A stretch of DNA of 63,009 nt, filler included, from Craspedostauros australis (Eukaryota): assembly GCA_030167865.1 (NCBI GenBank). It is 21 parts of 21 records of this genome, joined end to end, with 100 filler letters (N's around TTAATTAATTAA, not from the genome) between each part and the next. Parts side by side here need not be neighbours in the genome. Positions count along the whole stretch, not along the records: positions 33,053 to 47,046 come from JALAGF010002521.1; positions 47,147 to 48,272 come from JALAGF010002522.1; positions 48,373 to 51,557 come from JALAGF010002524.1; positions 51,658 to 54,289 come from JALAGF010002525.1; positions 54,390 to 55,526 come from JALAGF010002526.1; positions 55,627 to 56,763 come from JALAGF010002527.1; positions 56,864 to 58,233 come from JALAGF010002528.1; positions 58,334 to 59,604 come from JALAGF010002529.1; 13 more parts are not named here. The stretch is one strand, 5' to 3'. Below, piece after piece: positions 45,743-59,604 of this stretch. Position 1 is the stretch's first letter. Each line of letters opens with the position of its first letter. A program made the translations under genes and the position numbers. The notes under the pieces are model-generated. The model searched no databases, was not told the DNA's origin, and saw only the letters and a list, made by a program, of their open reading frames with translations.

Positions 45743-47146
45743 GCCTTTCTCCAATTTGTGCGAAGGGGGTGATGTTCGCACGCGTGCGAGCTATGGGGAT
45801 GGTGGTTCCTGAAGTTGTGGCTTGATCGGAATCGAGACATTGCTTTGCTCTGTGGTTTGCGCCAAGTTGTGTGGTGCCACCAACGAAACACGTTCATCGC
45901 GCACGATGGGAGGAAAGCGAAGAGGCCTTTGGACTTGCGTGAGAGTCTCCTTGTGTTCTCTCCAACCAACGAACCTCTGCCTCCATCGCTTGGCATCCCG
46001 TTGTCCACGTTTTTCTTCTTTTTTCGAGCGTTGCCACCAAGACGGGCAGTTTGGCACGCAATGCTTCGTCATGATATTCTGACACGTCATCTGTGTTAAT
46101 CGTGATTGGACTTCTGCGTCTTCGTCGTGTCGCAATTTGCATCGATTGTGCTTGATTCGATGATTGGCGATTCGGGCGAACTCCATGCAATCGGAGTGGT
46201 CCATCCAGTGTGTTGCTCGGGAGTAGCAACACTCGTGAATCAGAAAGCAAGATTCCAAATGTCCCGAAATCTGGGCACCGTGACACCAAGAAGAGACAAA
46301 GCGCTCAATCTCCACCACCCGCACGGCTCGTGAGTGCGTTTCGCCTTTGCGATCGCGTGGTTTCCTTCCTGTTTCTCCCAAAGTGGCGGTTGTTGTCATG
46401 ATCATTTGATTCCGACTATTTGTGCGACTCTCATGGGAAGCGTGGTATCTCTTTGTCGTGGCTGTCTACGATTCTGTGGATACCGATGGTTGCGACAGTG
46501 CAAGACGGCAGCCTGCCGTGTGTTTGTGTGCAATCTGTTCGGTGACTGCTGTGGTCTGCACTCCCTGTAAACCTACTCTGCAAGTACTTCGCTCTCTTGT
46601 GTGCCGCTGTACGAGCTACAATTACTCTCCGACCGACAGGGAGTTGAGGGAAATTGACATCCGTGACATATCTCCACCCGTGATTCGACATCTCAGAATC
46701 GGATCGAACAATCTCGAATGTTTTGCAACACAACACAAATCAGCTGTCTCGATTTCACAAAACTTGCTGTTGTTCAGAACTGCTACTACTACTACTATTA
46801 CTGTTACGGTTTGTGTTGATGTTGGTGCTAGATGCGATTGTGCACTGTTTGCACTAGGATGTGGCTTCATTGGGATGGATGGACATGTCATCCTTGGTGA
46901 TGTCCTTCTCACTGTGCGCTGCAGCACGTCGGGCACGCCGCACCTTTTTCTTGCCAACGGGTGTTGCCTTCACCTTTTTGGTATCTCGGACACCAAGAGT
47001 AAATGCATACATGACATAGAAGATTGGCAAGTCATCATCATCAGAANNNNNNNNNNNNNNNNNNNNNNNNNNNNNNNNNNNNNNNNNNNNTTAATTAATT
47101 AANNNNNNNNNNNNNNNNNNNNNNNNNNNNNNNNNNNNNNNNNNNN

Positions 47147-48272
47147 CGGCCAAGTGGTAGCGCACCTGTCCATGATCATGAAGCACTTCGAACAGCCAAC
47201 GGCGACAGGACGACTGCTCCGCGCGTCTTTACGTCACCTCGAACTATGGACCGGTCTCCCAGGCGCACTCCAGCAAACGGAGCGTGAGTGGAGGACGTGG
47301 ACCAGCCCAACGTGGTGGCAGAACACATTCCAGTCTGCAGCCGACATCGGCATCACCATGACCAACCTCGACCATCCCAATTCGCTGCCACGAGAAGGAG
47401 ACGACACAGTCATGAATCTGGCAATCAGCGCCGGTGTGCACAGAAACACTCTCGCCTTGGCCAATGTGGCTAGACTGCATCTGAGAGTGATGTGGCTGTC
47501 CGACATCGCAACAGCTCAAGGCGACCGAATCCGGTCTCAGATCCTACAGCGCATCCGACTACCAGCTGGCCCGATATGCTGGCCGAAAGTGGGAACAGTC
47601 TCCAAGAAGGCGTGGGAAGCGTGGGACCAAGTGCTGGCGGCGCTTGCGGCGACCGACCGCCCCGGGTGGCACATAAGACGACGGCTTGGAGCATGGCGAA
47701 CCATCCCGCAAAGACGCGAGTCAATACGACCCGACGGATCGGTGCTCACGCCAGGCCTGCCCGCGATGCCCAACAGCTCTCCAGCAGCTCCGGTCGAGGT
47801 GATTGACCGAGCGCCCCGGCGATCTGGAATGGCCATCACGTCCCGAGGGCACATCCGGAAGCAGCCACTTCCCACCACGCTGAGAGCATGGATGCACCAG
47901 AAGGGGCCGGCCGCAGTGCGAATTCTTGCAGACGTGCACGTCCTCGGAGAGATACACTCGATCGTGCGATCCATAGCAGAGGGTACCTGCTCTGCATGCA
48001 GCGATGCTTCAGCCAAGCATAACCACGGATCGGCAGCTGCGATCATCCAGCGTGACCCCGCCGACGGTCGACACCAGATGCTTGCGATGTCAGCCGTGCC
48101 AGAGGGATCGCACCCCACCGACTCCAACCGTGCTGAGCTCGCCGGAGTGCTAATGTCAGTGTGGATGATCACGTCGGTGGCCGAATGGGCAAGCATACGC
48201 GGGCAAGCCACCATCGCCTGCGACAACAACCGGGCGCTGCGAGCTGTGGACCCAACGCAATGGCCAGACCCC
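47147..48272 (+). mobile_element. Non-LTR retrotransposon ORF2 fragment: RT C-terminal region and RNase H
   Basis: TGRLLRASL..LELWTG; TWWQNTF; REGDDTVM; NVARLHLRVMWLSDIAT; RNase H CSDAS..SNRAELAG..ACDN. Confidence 0.85.
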
Positions 48273-49408
48273 NNNNNNNNNNNNNNNNNNNNNNNNNNNN
48301 NNNNNNNNNNNNNNNNTTAATTAATTAANNNNNNNNNNNNNNNNNNNNNNNNNNNNNNNNNNNNNNNNNNNNGCACGATACAACACGACAGAATAGGTAC
48401 CTTCATGACCTCCTAACCCATCCAATATACGTTTTAAGAATGTATTTCTTCTATTTATAGATACAGGAAATATATGGTAAGGCCTCGAAAAAGTTACAGC
48501 AGGATCGCAGATGCGACGCCGACTTTGGTGTACTATTTTCGCTCAGGCGGGTCTTATTCAACAAAGAAAGCTACAGTCGATTGAGTCGAACCTCGCCGTC
48601 GCTCTACTCGTGGTTTGTGCGGTATCGTCTGTCCATCGACACTCATAGTTCGGATTCGGCCAGATTCGTGAATTGGCACTAAATCTGCACATTCAGTGGT
48701 TCGAATTTCTTTGTCATGGTAGTCGATGCACTTGAAGTCGTGTTTCAACGTGTTTTCGTGTCTTGCGGGGCTGCGTGTCGCAGTACCCAAATTCTGTGGC
48801 CACTCGAACCCCTCAAATGTGGTGGTTGTCACAGTGTGACGCGAGTGTCTGTGCACGCAGACGGACAAAGGCCAGACTGTGACACAGACAGCCTCAAAAC
48901 TTGTTCTGACAGCACACAGAATGACTATCGTTGTACGTGGGCTTCTGTTCGCATCGAAGGACTTCGAAACCCGAAACTCGCGGCGCCGAAAATGGGTAAG
49001 AATTGCCACCACCACAACAACAAGAGGGAAGACACCACTGAAAAAGAGATAGTGCAGCAAAACCCGAGTGTTGTGCGAGACTTCTCCGTGTGTTTGGCAC
49101 AGCACAAAGACGCACACACGGATTCAAACAGACACGAAGTCGAGGAGACCAAGAACAACAAGGCGCTGCTGTGAACGTGCCCGTAAATCACTCTTTTGGG
49201 ACCTTCCTTGTTCTGCACTCGCAAACGCATCCAAGAGAGCGCAGCCATCGTCATCATCATCATCATCGCTATCATCCGCATCAACAACGACATCCCCCAC
49301 CCACAGCACTCAACCTTCAGAACCACCCACGCCTTCTCCAGACCACACAGTCCCCGTAGTGGTGTTGGTTGGTCGAGGAGCACTAGCGGAGCCGTTGAGA
49401 CAAAACAC

Positions 49409-49443
49409 GCACACAGACACAGACACAGACACAGACACAGACT
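49409..49443. repeat. (CACAGA)n microsatellite
   Basis: Direct hexamer run. Confidence 0.85.
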
Positions 49444-49742
49444 CGTACACAGACGGATTCATCGCAGGCAGCGAACAGGGCTGCTGCCACCGCACAACTC
49501 GATAGCATACAACAGCACACGATCCAACACTGTTCGGAGGCAACCGAAGGGATCAACGCTGAACGGAGTCCTCACGAAGGCACAACAAGACGAGGCAAGG
49601 TGAGCAGCATCAAGTATTGTTGTTGCTATTGATGACACCAACACTCATAATATCACTCACACCACCAGAACTCCACGCTTTCTTGTTGCTGTCGCCCATT
49701 CGCCTCCAATCACTTCCGCCGAGCTCTGCTGTCAACAGCAAG

Positions 49743-51557
49743 ATGAGCGACGACACGCCGATGGACGTCGGCGGCACTCAAGCGCCAACGGCTGAAGATG
49801 ATCAAGCAACACCTATCGATCTCGACTCAATCTTCAACAAAAAGGAGTTCTGGGCCAACAAGTCGGACGAACTACCCGACGACTTGAAGCAACTTGTGGA
49901 GGCAAAGGCGCGCGAGGAACAGCAGCAAGACGAGTCTGACGATTCTGACGGGTCTGACGATTCTGACGACGCCAAATTCGAACTTGACAAGAAGATGACG
50001 GCAGAAATAGATTGCAAGAAGCGCATTCTTGAACGGGTCAGTAAGAGTGAGCTGGTCAGTAAGAGGAAGCGGGCCCGTAAGAGTGGCAAGATCCGAGGTT
50101 TGAGAAAAACCCTCGATTCCATCAACAAAGCTGTTGGTGCAACAACCTTCACCGGAGAATGGCTCTCGGCTTGGCTTCGTGACAAGAATGCAATCCCCCA
50201 GTGCATCCTCGACGCTGTGCAGGAACCCAACGACGATCACGAACTCGTCGATGGCGAGAACCCACGCCAATCAGTTCTCGACCTGTTGACGAAGATCCGC
50301 GGTAAAGACCCCAAGGGCTTTCGTGGTCTGAAGTACACCTCGGACACCACCGGCAAAGAAGCTAATGGCTTCGCACACTACATCGGCAAGCCCAACTTTC
50401 GACATGGAGGAACCGACGACGTGGTCCCCGACAAAGTCTTCATTGCGGCGCCGACCCCACCAGACATCGACACGTCCAACCTGGTTCATGTGTACTACGA
50501 AGAGAGTGGTAGCGGCAAGACCGTGGAGCTTGCGGCGAGCGCATACACCAGAGACGCTCTGTTCACCATCATGCTCAACACTACCGATGTGCAACTTCTC
50601 GATTCACCGGATGATGATGAAGTCAAGAACGACCGAAAGATCAACTCCTGGAAGAAGCTCGCACATCAAGTCGAATCGGTCCTCACGGAAGACAAAACAA
50701 GTCTCGGCAGGCTTGGCGACTTCCTGCAAATGTTGGATGGTAAGATGCAAGAGAAAACCACACTGCTCATCGTCGTTGGGATTGACGAAGCAAGCAAGTC
50801 CCCAAACTTCGTCCGGGCCATCATCGACAGCTACAATGACTTTGGAACGGATCTGGGGGGGTTCATCCGGGACATATGCGCCGAAAAGGCCACGAACCAA
50901 GCCGGTCCCTCTGCAGTGGGAGCATCACAAGGCTCCTCAAATGCAGACACACTCCCCTGTGTTCTCAACCACATTGACATCAAAGTCCTATTCTCTGTGG
51001 CAGGCACCGGTGCCGACCAAACACGGGTGGGATCAAACCACAAGAACTTCACTCACCTCGATACTTCTGCAAAGGTGAATGCCGCAGACGTCTACCACAT
51101 TCTTCGCAGCGAATACGTGAAAGACGAAAAGAATACCATCATACCGGAGTACAAAGAGCTTGAGCATTCCCCTCTTCTCAAGGCCATCGTTGATTCCAAC
51201 GCGCGGATGATCTCAATCTACATGCGGGCGTCAAAAAGGCAAGAAAACATCAACCGAGACCAGGGAAAGAAGTCAAGTGAGAATGAATACGAGCAGAATG
51301 CCATCCTTTCCAAAACCTTCAAAGTCTTCATGAAAAGCAATGGCATGAGTACTCTGGTGAACAATCCGTACCTTGCGCGGCTCACAGCATCCCAGGCTTT
51401 GGCAGTTCTTCTTTTCCAACAGGATAAAGATTTCAGTGAAAAGCTCTCCGATAAACAACTGAACAACATGGATTACGGGATCACCTTCCAACGCTTCAAG
51501 GGTGACCTGGGCGGTTCCATCATGCGTCGGTTGGTCGTCGATTATGGCTTAGTCACC
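49743..51557 (+). CDS. P-loop NTPase, possibly Crinkler/CR-effector-like; 3' truncated
   Basis: Walker A-like VYYEESGSGKT, Walker B IVVGIDEA, downstream VAGTG strand; more than 600-codon ORF. Confidence 0.65.
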
Positions 51558-52643
51558 NNNNNNNNNNNNNNNNNNNNNNNNNNNNNNNNNNNNNNNNNNN
51601 NTTAATTAATTAANNNNNNNNNNNNNNNNNNNNNNNNNNNNNNNNNNNNNNNNNNNNCGTGTATACCTTGCATTCTGACAACAGCAACAAAAGAGAGAGG
51701 GAGACAGAGTCCAGCGTCGATGCCAATGCTGATGTCGACGTCCACACTGGCAAGCAACAGGATGCGAAACAACAGGACCCTGCAGTTTCACCTCAATTGA
51801 TACGGACCAAGCAGGAATCGTCTTCAGGCAGGGATCGTCATCAGGCAGCATCAGCTACCCATTGCCCAGCCATGCTTTGGAGACATCCACACACGTGATC
51901 CACGCCAACGACTGCGCTCCGTTCCTTTCGGTGAATGCAGTGCGACGGATGCTGTCGCAGGCACACGCCGTGGATTCGTACTGGGAGGCAAATATCGCAG
52001 CGGCCAGCTGCTTTCACCATCTGCTTTCACTGTCCCAAATAGTGGTACGCCCGTCAGCAGATCAATCATGATGGGGTGGATCTTGCATGTTCGTCTTTCT
52101 TTGAGATCATGGACGTGCCTGGCGGTCTTCCATCCGCTACGCCGAAGGACGGTGCTCCAACTCTCCTCGTGCCAGCTGGTCAGATGGTTTGGATGGTACC
52201 GGAACAAGTCGACAGAGGCAGCGTCCATGGCGATGTGAATGGGGATGGTACTGCTGATGGAGTATCCTACACTCTGCAGACGCTGAATTTCATCACCATC
52301 ACGTTGGCGCAAACGCTGGACATCTTCTGTCATTCCAGGATGGCTGTCGATCACTTCCCACCCCAGTACGAAACGGCATTCAAGAATCTATCTGCAGACG
52401 TTGAGTGAATGGGGTGGTGGGCCTGTGCTGGGATAAGTCTCTGCTTTGAAAGTACTGTAGTAGCAGCACTGTACTTTCAAATCTTTTGAGCTGCCAGCAC
52501 CTCACCACACAACCACGAATAGCATCCTGACTCGAATATCTCTGGCTGCTGAAGTTATAAGAATGGTAGAAACGGTGTTCTCTAATTTGATGTGTAGTCA
52601 CAATGAATGGTAGCATAGTTCTCTGCGTGTATGCCCCCGGATC

Positions 52644-54289
52644 TTAGCTGCAGGCAGATTGAACTGGGCCAGGGCACTCAGTGGCTGGGTCGTCGATGGT
52701 GTATGTTTGTGTGCTCAGTTCGCACAATTTCCCCCCCTTGACGCAATCCTTACAGCTATCGCTACCATCACTGCAAGCTCCTTCGGCGATAACGAGAGTA
52801 TTTTCTGCGTCCCCGTTGGAAATGTCGTAACACGCAATGTTAGGGCCCCCCTTGCATGCGCCCTTCTTGACGATAAAGCTTCCTGTGGCGTGGGTGGTTG
52901 TTCGGTATGCATAACCGCAAGTGTAGGCTCCTTGGCATGCGTTCTCCTCGAGAATGATATTGACGACGATCGGTGACGCATTCGTGCCTTGATTTTTACG
53001 ACCCCCGAGACTTCGGCAAGCATCGGTGCCGGTGCAAGCTCCTTTGTGAACTCTCACATTGCCCATGACGTTTCGGCCGGCGAAAGTGCAGCTCGTTTCA
53101 CCTGTGCAAGCTCCTGGCCCAATCACCCTGTGGCCAACGGCGACATCGGTGTTTGGGACGGTATCGAAGATGCCGTAGTTTGAGCAAGCATTCTTCGCGG
53201 TACAGCTTTCAAGGACGATGCTGTCTCCATGGATGCTGCTGCACGAGAAGAGGCTCATACAGGACCCTTCGCTCACTGTCAACACGTTATCACCCGATTG
53301 TCTGGTCGTGCACGCATTTGATCCTGTACAGCATCTGCCATTGCATGGTGCCGTCAGCTGATTACTGCCGGCAGTGAAGAGCTTCTTGGTTTCCACTGTT
53401 GTCAACAGCAGTTGCGTCACCTCCGCGTCGTTCTTGATCTTGTTGAAACGTTTCTGGGCCACTTCCAGCGACACAGTCGAACCTGCTATCTTTCCGCAGC
53501 CAAAGATGCTCTTGATCATGTTGGCCTTGTCGTCGGTCAGTCCAGCAATTGCGGTGAGGAAGTTCGCGCATGGTCCGGTGCCTCCATCACAGCTGACGTC
53601 GCCGACAATCCCATTGAAAGTCGATGATCCATCTCCAGGAGTATTAAGACATCCAACTCCCATGGAAGGTGGTGGAGTGGTCGGGGCCTCACTTGGAGCC
53701 TGAGACTCCGAAGGAGCGATACTTGGGGTGGTTGAAGGCACGTCGGATGGACCCATGGAATCCGAAGGGGCCCAGCTGGGGACCTCCGACGGCGTTGAGC
53801 TGGGGACCTCGGACGGGCTGTCGGACGCAGTCGCAGATGGCATCTGAGATGGAATCTCGGATGGTAGACCGGTCGGTTGGCGAGACGGCAGACTGGATGG
53901 CACACTGGACGGCTGGTACGATGGAATACCAGACGGAGTACCTGAGGGGTTCTCCGACGGAACATCGGAAGGTGCATCAGATGGTTGTTGGGACGGCAGA
54001 CCCGAAGGCATTGCACTTGGGATACCAGACGGAAGGGAGCTCGGGACATCGGAGGGGGCCTCGGACGGAATATCGGAGGGGGCCTCGGACGGAACTGTGC
54101 TCGGCATGGCCGACCCAAAGACAGTTGGACTGTTGGTTGGTCTTCTTGTGATGGTCGGAAGAGGTGTTGGAAAGAAGGTCGGGGTCTCTGTGGGCAAGCT
54201 GTCTCTTCCAATGCAGTACTCCTCCACCCTCTCCCCAGTCGGATTGCCACCGGAGCTGCTGTCTCCCTTGGGGCAAGCTCCATCGGTGT
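52644..54289 (-). CDS. Cell-surface/secreted-type protein: (PSxx)n mucin-like stalk and Cys-rich C.G..AC repeat domain; 5' truncated
   Basis: About 35 PS-repeat units; repeated CTG..AC/GAC.G..C motifs; frame open to the gap. Confidence 0.8.
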
Positions 54290-54389
54290 NNNNNNNNNNN
54301 NNNNNNNNNNNNNNNNNNNNNNNNNNNNNNNNNTTAATTAATTAANNNNNNNNNNNNNNNNNNNNNNNNNNNNNNNNNNNNNNNNNNNN

Positions 54390-55526
54390 GTTCGTCTTTT
54401 GATAGAACAGGCACGGATCTGCCGCGCTCTGTTCGAAGTTGATGTTCTTGAGGGTCGACACCAACATCTTAAACCACTGCCTGGCGCTCTGAACAAGTCT
54501 GTAGATTGGCTTGTGCAGGGTCAGGGCTTCGTCTGCTTGATGATCCATCCCGTTGGGACAGTTCATGTAGATCTCCTCGTCGAGGTCTCCACGTAGGAAT
54601 GCCATTACAACATCAACGAGTGCGCAGTCCATCTGCTTGATCAGCATCATGACTCTGTAGGTCACGTCATGGATGACAGGTGAGTAGTGCTCTTGGAAGC
54701 CTACTCCTGCAACTTGTGAGTAGCCACATGCAACGAGTCTCGCTCGATGTGTGCCATCGCGTTTCAACTTGAATACCCACTTGCACTTGCAGCATCTGTG
54801 GCCTCGTGGGATGGCGTTTCGTTTGATCTTGCTGTACACCTTGCGTGTATCCATGGAGTTGAACTCCTTCTTGATGGCTGCTTGGTATCCCTTTTGGTGG
54901 ATGGGATCCGGATGGTTGAACGCTCCATTGAATGTCGTTGGTTCGATGTGCTTCTCGGATTCTTCATTCTGGTTCTGCTTCGACAATCAGATGTTGATCG
55001 CTGGTGTCTTGGCGATGGTTGCGTTCATCCTGTATAATCCGCTCGTGCTGTGATGTACAACCTCTATCTCTTCTACTTTGTCTACAATTTCCTCATCGTC
55101 TGTGTTCTCATTGTCATCACTCGTTTCATTGTTCGACTTGTCGGCTAGCTCGTCACTGAGTTCGTCGCTCTCCTCATTCGATGATGATTTGCCCTCATCA
55201 TCTCGTTCTTTTTGACCTGGTATGTTGTAGTCTGCGAGTGCGCACAGTGCTCTGGGAATCTTCTCCCCTGTGGTAAGCTTGGATTTGTTCTGTCCCTTCC
55301 TGCCTCTTGCTTCGTGGCGTTGGAGTCGCTCCTTTCTGTCAATGTCACACTTGCTTGGTTTGGTCGGTAGGAGTCTATATGTTGTGCCATGCGTATACCT
55401 CGCTGGAGTGTTCTGTGGAGTGACATCCACGTCGTCGTTGGCTTCGTCGCCGGATGGTGGAATGTTGACATCCTCTGGGTCGGATTCGCTCCGATCTTCC
55501 TTGTTCTCGAGCAGTTCAGTCGCTGC
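54390..55526 (-). pseudogene. Degenerate copia INT-RT linker and RT N-terminus
   Basis: EPTTFNGAF, CKWVFKLKRDGTHRARLVACGYSQ, DVVMAFLRGDL; premature TGA at ~54987 (GGA in copy 58334+). Confidence 0.92.
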
Positions 55527-55626
55527 NNNNNNNNNNNNNNNNNNNNNNNNNNNNNNNNNNNNNNNNNNNNTTAATTAATTAANNNNNNNNNNNNNNNNNN
55601 NNNNNNNNNNNNNNNNNNNNNNNNNN

Positions 55627-56763
55627 GTTCGTCTTTTGATAGAACAGGCACGGATCTGCCGCGCTCTGTTCGAAGTTGATGTTCTTGAGGGTCGACACCA
55701 ACATCTTAAACCACTGCCTGGCGCTCTGAACAAGTCTGTAGATTGGCTTGTGCAGGGTCAGGGCTTCGTCTGCTTGATGATCCATCCCGTTGGGACAGTT
55801 CATGTAGATCTCCTCGTCGAGGTCTCCACGTAGGAATGCCATTACAACATCAACGAGTGCGCAGTCCATCTGCTTGATCAGCATCATGACTCTGTAGGTC
55901 ACGTCATGGATGACAGGTGAGTAGTGCTCTTGGAAGCCTACTCCTGCAACTTGTGAGTAGCCACATGCAACGAGTCTCGCTCGATGTGTGCCATCGCGTT
56001 TCAACTTGAATACCCACTTGCACTTGCAGCATCTGTGGCCTCGTGGGATGGCGTTTCGTCTGATCTTGATGTACACTTTGCGTGTATCCATGGAGTTGAA
56101 CTCCTTCTTGATGGCTGCTTGGTATCCCTTTTGGTGGATGGAATCCGGATGGTTGAACGCTCCATTGAATGTTGTTGGTTCGATGTGCTTCTCGGATTCT
56201 TCATTCTGGTTCTGCTTCGACAATCAGATGTTGATCGCTGGTGTCTTGGCGATGGTTGCGTTCATCCTGTATAATCCGCTCGTGCTGTGATGTACAACCT
56301 CTATCTCTTCTACTTTGTCTACAATTTCCTCATCGTCTGTGTTCTCATTGTCATCACTCGTTTCATTGTTCGACTTGTCGGCTAGCTCGTCACTGAGTTC
56401 GTCGCTCTCCTCATTCGATGATGATTTGCCCTCATCATCTCGTTCTTTTTGACCTGGTATGTTGTAGTCTGCGAGTGCGCACAGTGCTCTGGGAATCTTC
56501 TCCCCTGTGGTAAGCTTGGATTTGTTCTGTCCCTTCCTGCCTCTTGCTTCGTGGCGTTGGAGTCGCTCCTTTCTGTCAATGTCACACTTGCTTGGTTTGG
56601 TCGGTAGGAGTCTATATGTTGTGCCATGCGTATACCTCGCTGGAGTGTTCTGTGGAGTGACATCCACGTCGTCGTTGGCTTCGTCGCCGGATGGTGGAAT
56701 GTTGACATCCTCTGGGTCGGATTCGCTCCGATCTTCCTTGTTCTCGAGCAGTTCAGTCGCTGC
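55627..56763 (-). pseudogene. Near-identical duplicate of 54390-55526
   Basis: Same ends, same stop codon, only about 5 SNPs seen. Confidence 0.92.
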
Positions 56764-56863
56764 NNNNNNNNNNNNNNNNNNNNNNNNNNNNNNNNNNNNN
56801 NNNNNNNTTAATTAATTAANNNNNNNNNNNNNNNNNNNNNNNNNNNNNNNNNNNNNNNNNNNN

Positions 56864-58233
56864 CCATCTTCTTGATCAGCATGATCACCATCATGACCCG
56901 ATAGGTCACGTCATGGATGACGGGTGAGTAGTGCTCTTGGAAATCCACTCCTGCGATTTGTGAATAACCACATGCAACGAGCCGCGCTCGATGCGTGCCG
57001 TCACGTTTCAGCTTGAAGACCCATTTGCATTTGCAGCATCTGCGGCCGCGTGGAATGGCGTCTCGTTTGATCTTGCTGTACACTTTACGTGTGTCCATGG
57101 AGTCGAACTCCTTCTTGATGGCTGCTCGATATCCCTTTCGATGGATAGGGTCTGNNNNNNNNNNNNNNNNNNNNNNNNNNNNNNNNNNNNNNNNNNNNNN
57201 NNNNNNNNNNNNNNNNNNNNNNNNNNNNNNNNNNNNNNNNNNNGCTGGTGATTCGGTAATGATTGCATTCATTCCGTACAGTCCTGTTGTGCTATAGTGA
57301 GTGATCTCAATCTCTCCTTCATCTGCAATTTCTTCGTCATCTATAGTTTCGTTGTTGGAGTCGTCGGCCATTTCGTCGCTGAGTTCATCACTGTCTTCAT
57401 TGGATGATGGATCGCTTTCGTATCCTTCTTCCTTTCGACCTCGTTCGTTGTAGTCTGCGAGCTCACGCAGAGCTCTGGGAATGCTCTTCCCTGTAGTCGG
57501 CTTGGGATTAGCTTCTCCCTTCCTGCCTCGTGCTTCGTGACGTCGGATCCTCTCCTTTCTGTCTATGTCACGTTTACTTGGTTTGCTCGGTGGAGGTCTG
57601 GATGGTGTACCATGTGTAGACCTTGCCGGTGTGTTCGGAGGAGTGACGCCTGTGTCATCGTCGGCTTGGTCGCCGGATGATGTGATCTCGTCATCCTCAT
57701 GATTGGATTCGCTCCGATCTTCCTCGTTGTCATGGACTAGTTGAGTCACTACTCCATCGTCCTCATTATCCTCATCGTCGCTGTCCGATAGGATGTAGTA
57801 CCTGTTGCTGTCGGCGAAAGATACTCTCTTCGCTTCCGATGTTTGACGCGTTGCCGTCCTTGGCATTACTCCCTTCCGTCCAATGGTTGTGAAGCCGTTT
57901 GCGTCCGTTGTTCCTCTTTCGTTGGATATGTTCGGTGCTGGCGCCCAGCCACGGAACTGTTCGTATGATTGGTTGAGCCACTTAATGTCGCGAGAACAGA
58001 TGAGTGACTTGGTCGATGGTCTGTACATGTTGTAGACCCCTGATGCATGTTGGTGTGCATATCCGATGAACACCATCTCTTCTCCTCTNNNNNNNNNNNN
58101 NNNNNNNATCCCGCCGTAGGTAGTCTTCACAACACCCACCTCTCCGAAAGTGCGGAGTGCATCCGCGTATGGTGGATCGTTGCCGAAGAATTGTCGGTGT
58201 GGTGACTCCTTTTGATTCTTCGCTACGGTGATG
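56864..58233 (-). mobile_element. Copia integrase C-terminus (SH3-like), linker and RT start
   Basis: LRTFGEVGVV..RGEEMVFIGYA..SRDIKWL; CKWVFKLKRDGTHRARLVACGYSQ. Confidence 0.9.
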
Positions 58234-58333
58234 NNNNNNNNNNNNNNNNNNNNNNNNNNNNNNNNNNNNNNNNNNNNTTAATTAATTAANNNNNNNNNNN
58301 NNNNNNNNNNNNNNNNNNNNNNNNNNNNNNNNN

Positions 58334-59604
58334 TGCTCAACGGAGCACAGCTCGACGAAGAGTATAGGCATGGCCTGTGGGCAGCAGCTGCTAGCACTGC
58401 CACCGCCATCGCCAACACCACCGTAGCGAAGAATCAGAAGGAGTCACCATACCGCCAATTCTTCGGAAGCGATCCACCATACGCGGATGCACTCCGTACA
58501 TTTGGAGAGGTGGGTGTTGTGAAGACTACCTACGGCGGGATTACCGCCAAGCTCAAGAATAGAGGAGAAGAGATGGTGTTCATCGGATATGCACACCAAC
58601 ATGCATCAGGGGTCTACAACATGTACAGACCATCAACCAAGTCACTCATCTGCTCACGCGACATCAAGTGGCTCAACCAATCGTACGGACAGTTCCGTGG
58701 CTGGGCACCAGCACTGAACATATCCAACGAAACAGGAATGACAGACGCAAACGGCTTCACAACCATCGGACGGAAGGGAGCAACGCCAAGGACGGCAACG
58801 CGTCAAACATCGAAAGCAAAGAGAGTATCTTTTGCTGACAGCAACATGTACTACATCCTATCGGACAGCGACGATGAGGATAATGAGGACGACGGAACAG
58901 TAATTCAATCAGTCCATAACGACGAGGAGGATCGGAGCGAATCCAATCATGAGGATGACGAGATTACACCATCCGGCGACGAAGCCAACGATGACACAGG
59001 CGTCACTCCTCCGAACACACCAGCGAGGTCTACACATGGCACACCATCCAGACCTCCACCAAACAAGCCAAGCAAGCATGACATAGCTAGAAAGGAGAGG
59101 ATCCGACGTCACGAATCACGAGGCAGGAAGGGAGAAGCTAATCCCAAGTCAACTACAGGGAAGAGCATTCCCAGAGCTCTGCGTGAGCTCGCAGACTTCA
59201 ACGAACGAGGTCGAAAGGAAGAAGGATATGAAAGCGATCCATCATCCAACGAAGACAGTGATGAACTCAGCGACGAGNNNNNNNNNNNNNNCAACAACGA
59301 AACTACAGATGACGAAGAAATTGCAGATGAAGGAGAGATTGAGATCACTCACTATAGCACAACAGGACTGTACGGAATGAATGCAATCATTACCAAATCA
59401 CCAGCGATCGACATCGGACTGTCGATGCAGGACCAGAACAAAGAACCAGAGAAGCACATCGAACCTACAACATTCGATGGAGCCTTCAATCATCCAGACC
59501 CTATCCATCGAAAGGGATACCGAGCAGCCATCAAGAAAGAGTTCGACTCCATGGACACACGCAAAGTGTACAGCAAGATCAAACGAGACGCCATCCCACG
59601 CGGC
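58334..59604 (+). mobile_element. Sister copy of the same copia family
   Basis: GLWAAAASTAT, LRTFGEVG, KLKNRG, EPTTFDGAF; highly similar to the reverse complement of 56864-58233. Confidence 0.9.

Noticed and set aside
51658..52408. Fragmented ORFs as the continuation of the NTPase gene
   Set aside because: Separated by an artificial linker, broken frames, no recognisable motif
56864..59604. Head-to-head inverted copia pair
   Set aside because: The two copies are on different contigs joined by a linker, so orientation is arbitrary
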